Positions 62,701 through 64,000 of a stretch of 64,000 nt of DNA are shown here, in pieces. Positions within the stretch are counted from its first letter, which is position 1. Each line of letters opens with the position of its first letter. The position numbers were made by a program, and so were the translations under genes. Source of the DNA: Candidatus Omnitrophota bacterium (GTDB taxonomy: Bacteria; Omnitrophota; Gorgyraeia; 2-01-FULL-45-10); NCBI GenBank assembly GCA_030695905.1, contig JAUYOL010000036.1:118814-182813 (forward strand), written 5' to 3'. The notes under the pieces are model-generated. The model saw only the letters and a list, made by a program, of their open reading frames with translations, had not been told where the DNA came from and made no database searches.

Positions 62701-64000
62701 ATACGCCTCATAATCGCGTTACGGAACAACCTGTTAATCCCGAGTTTCGAGAATAGCACCGCCTTCTGCCCGCCCATCCACGAGATCTCAAGATTAAAAA
62801 CTTCATAACATATGACCCGGTATCTGTAGATCTTCATCAGGGCCTTCATGAGCCGCGGATACATCTTCTGTTTTACAGTAGCCGGATAAATATCTTTAAG
62901 CAACCTGTCAAAAACCTTGCGTGGAAGCTTAACAAAAACAAGCATCACGATCAAGATGTTGGCGAGCGTAGGGGCCAGACAGTGAAAGCTGGAGTTAATA
63001 TCAGGGATCGATATGCCTCGCTCTTTCAGATCGGCAGCAAGCTGCGTATTCGGTATCACCCTTAAGGAAAAGAGATACAACGTAAAAGGCCTTGGCAGGC
63101 CATAGACCAATTCCAAGGTACGTATTATATCATCCCGTGTCTCTATCGGATTATCCAGTATGATGTCGTAGTTTGGTGGTACCATATACGAAGAATATCT
63201 GCCTATAATTTTTGTCGCATCCTGAATGAGGCCCGGCCTGTTAGGCCGTTGATAAAATTTCAGGATATCATCGCTGCCGCTTTGTATGCCCATACGCATC
63301 CGCACAAGCCCCGCCCGTACAAGAATGCTTATCTTCTCTTCGTTCACATACGCGGGTATTATGCCGCCGACCGCGAAAGGCATATTTACTTCTTTTTTCC
63401 ACAGCTCCGCAAATTCCTTCAATATGTTAAGAGGTATCGACATAAACCCGTCATCTACAAAAGTCACAGCCGAAAGATACGGATATTTACTTAATACATT
63501 CTTTATCTCATCGATAATATAGCGCGCTGAAGGGTATCTTATCCTGCCGTATGTAGGGTCATTTTTGATAAATTTCGAGTTGCTGCAATAAGTGCATTTG
63601 TTCGGGCAACCGATAGACCATATAGTTGTATAGAATAGCCCTTTTGCTTTAATGAAATCCTCGCCCCGGAATGGGATAAAACCCCTGCCGGAAACAAATA
63701 ACAACTCGTCGTCCATAAATAAATGGAACGGGAATCCGGACATCTCCTGGGGCGTGTTAAGAGGAAGAAACCCGTTCTTTATTACCACCTCTCCATCCCT
63801 AAACCAAAAATTTCCGATCGAACGGTATGAGCTGCCCTGCTCAATCGTTGATAGCAGCCGCAGAAACACTTTCTCGCCTTCGCCGACACAAACCGCATCG
63901 GCGTGCTTGATCACGTCTTCAGGGCACAGTATCGCATGGACGCCGCCCCAAATGATAAAAAGGCTTGGATTCAAGGTCTTTGCCGCAGCAATAACATTCT
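62679..64000 (-). CDS. Cobalamin-binding radical SAM protein (5' end outside window)
   Basis: WGGVHA, GEGE, WSIGCPNKCTYC, FVDDGF, GIQSGS; frame open to base 64000 (NVIAAAKTLNPS). Confidence 0.9.
   Translation of the reverse strand, partial: NVIAAAKTLNPSLFIIWGGVHAILCPEDVIKHADAVCVGEGEKVFLRLLSTIEQGSSYRSIGNFWFRDGEVVIKNGFLPLNTPQEMSGFPFHLFMDDELLFVSGRGFIPFRGEDFIKAKGLFYTTIWSIGCPNKCTYCSNSKFIKNDPTYGRIRYPSARYIIDEIKNVLSKYPYLSAVTFVDDGFMSIPLNILKEFAELWKKEVNMPFAVGGIIPAYVNEEKISILVRAGLVRMRMGIQSGSDDILKFYQRPNRPGLIQDATKIIGRYSSYMVPPNYDIILDNPIETRDDIIRTLELVYGLPRPFTLYLFSLRVIPNTQLAADLKERGISIPDINSSFHCLAPTLANILIVMLVFVKLPRKVFDRLLKDIYPATVKQKMYPRLMKALMKIYRYRVICYEVFNLEISWMGGQKAVLFSKLGINRLFRNAIMRRISKIQNL

Overview
The whole 64 kb window is the interior of one very large, co-oriented (all minus-strand), tightly packed cell-surface glycan (O-antigen/LPS-type, possibly also glycoprotein) biosynthesis and tailoring locus of 56 CDS; both ends run out of the window. 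Recognisable parts: an initiation and ligation block (CapD/PglF dehydratase, WbpV-like reductase, PglC-like phosphoglycosyl transferase, GT4, Wzy-like protein, WaaL), a Wzx flippase, a NeuB/NeuC/NeuA sialic-acid-type block, CDP-glucose 4,6-dehydratase, GDP-fucose synthase, two DegT aminotransferases, two AsnB-type and one WbuX/PseA-type amidotransferases, and a split transketolase. Exceptional features are the density of tailoring enzymes (11 radical SAM genes, 7 of them cobalamin-binding, and 9 class I methyltransferase genes), a sub-block with three GT-C-like membrane proteins and two polyprenol-phosphate GT2s, and oddities such as a papain-like protease, a catalytically dead transglutaminase-like protein, an internal promoter that predicts a leaderless mRNA, a probable ATC start codon and a decayed intragenic duplication. 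I saw no RNA genes, mobile elements or CRISPR arrays. Family calls come from motifs read by eye, not database searches. The gene content suggests an anaerobic Gram-negative environmental bacterium (for example Omnitrophota-like), which is only an impression.
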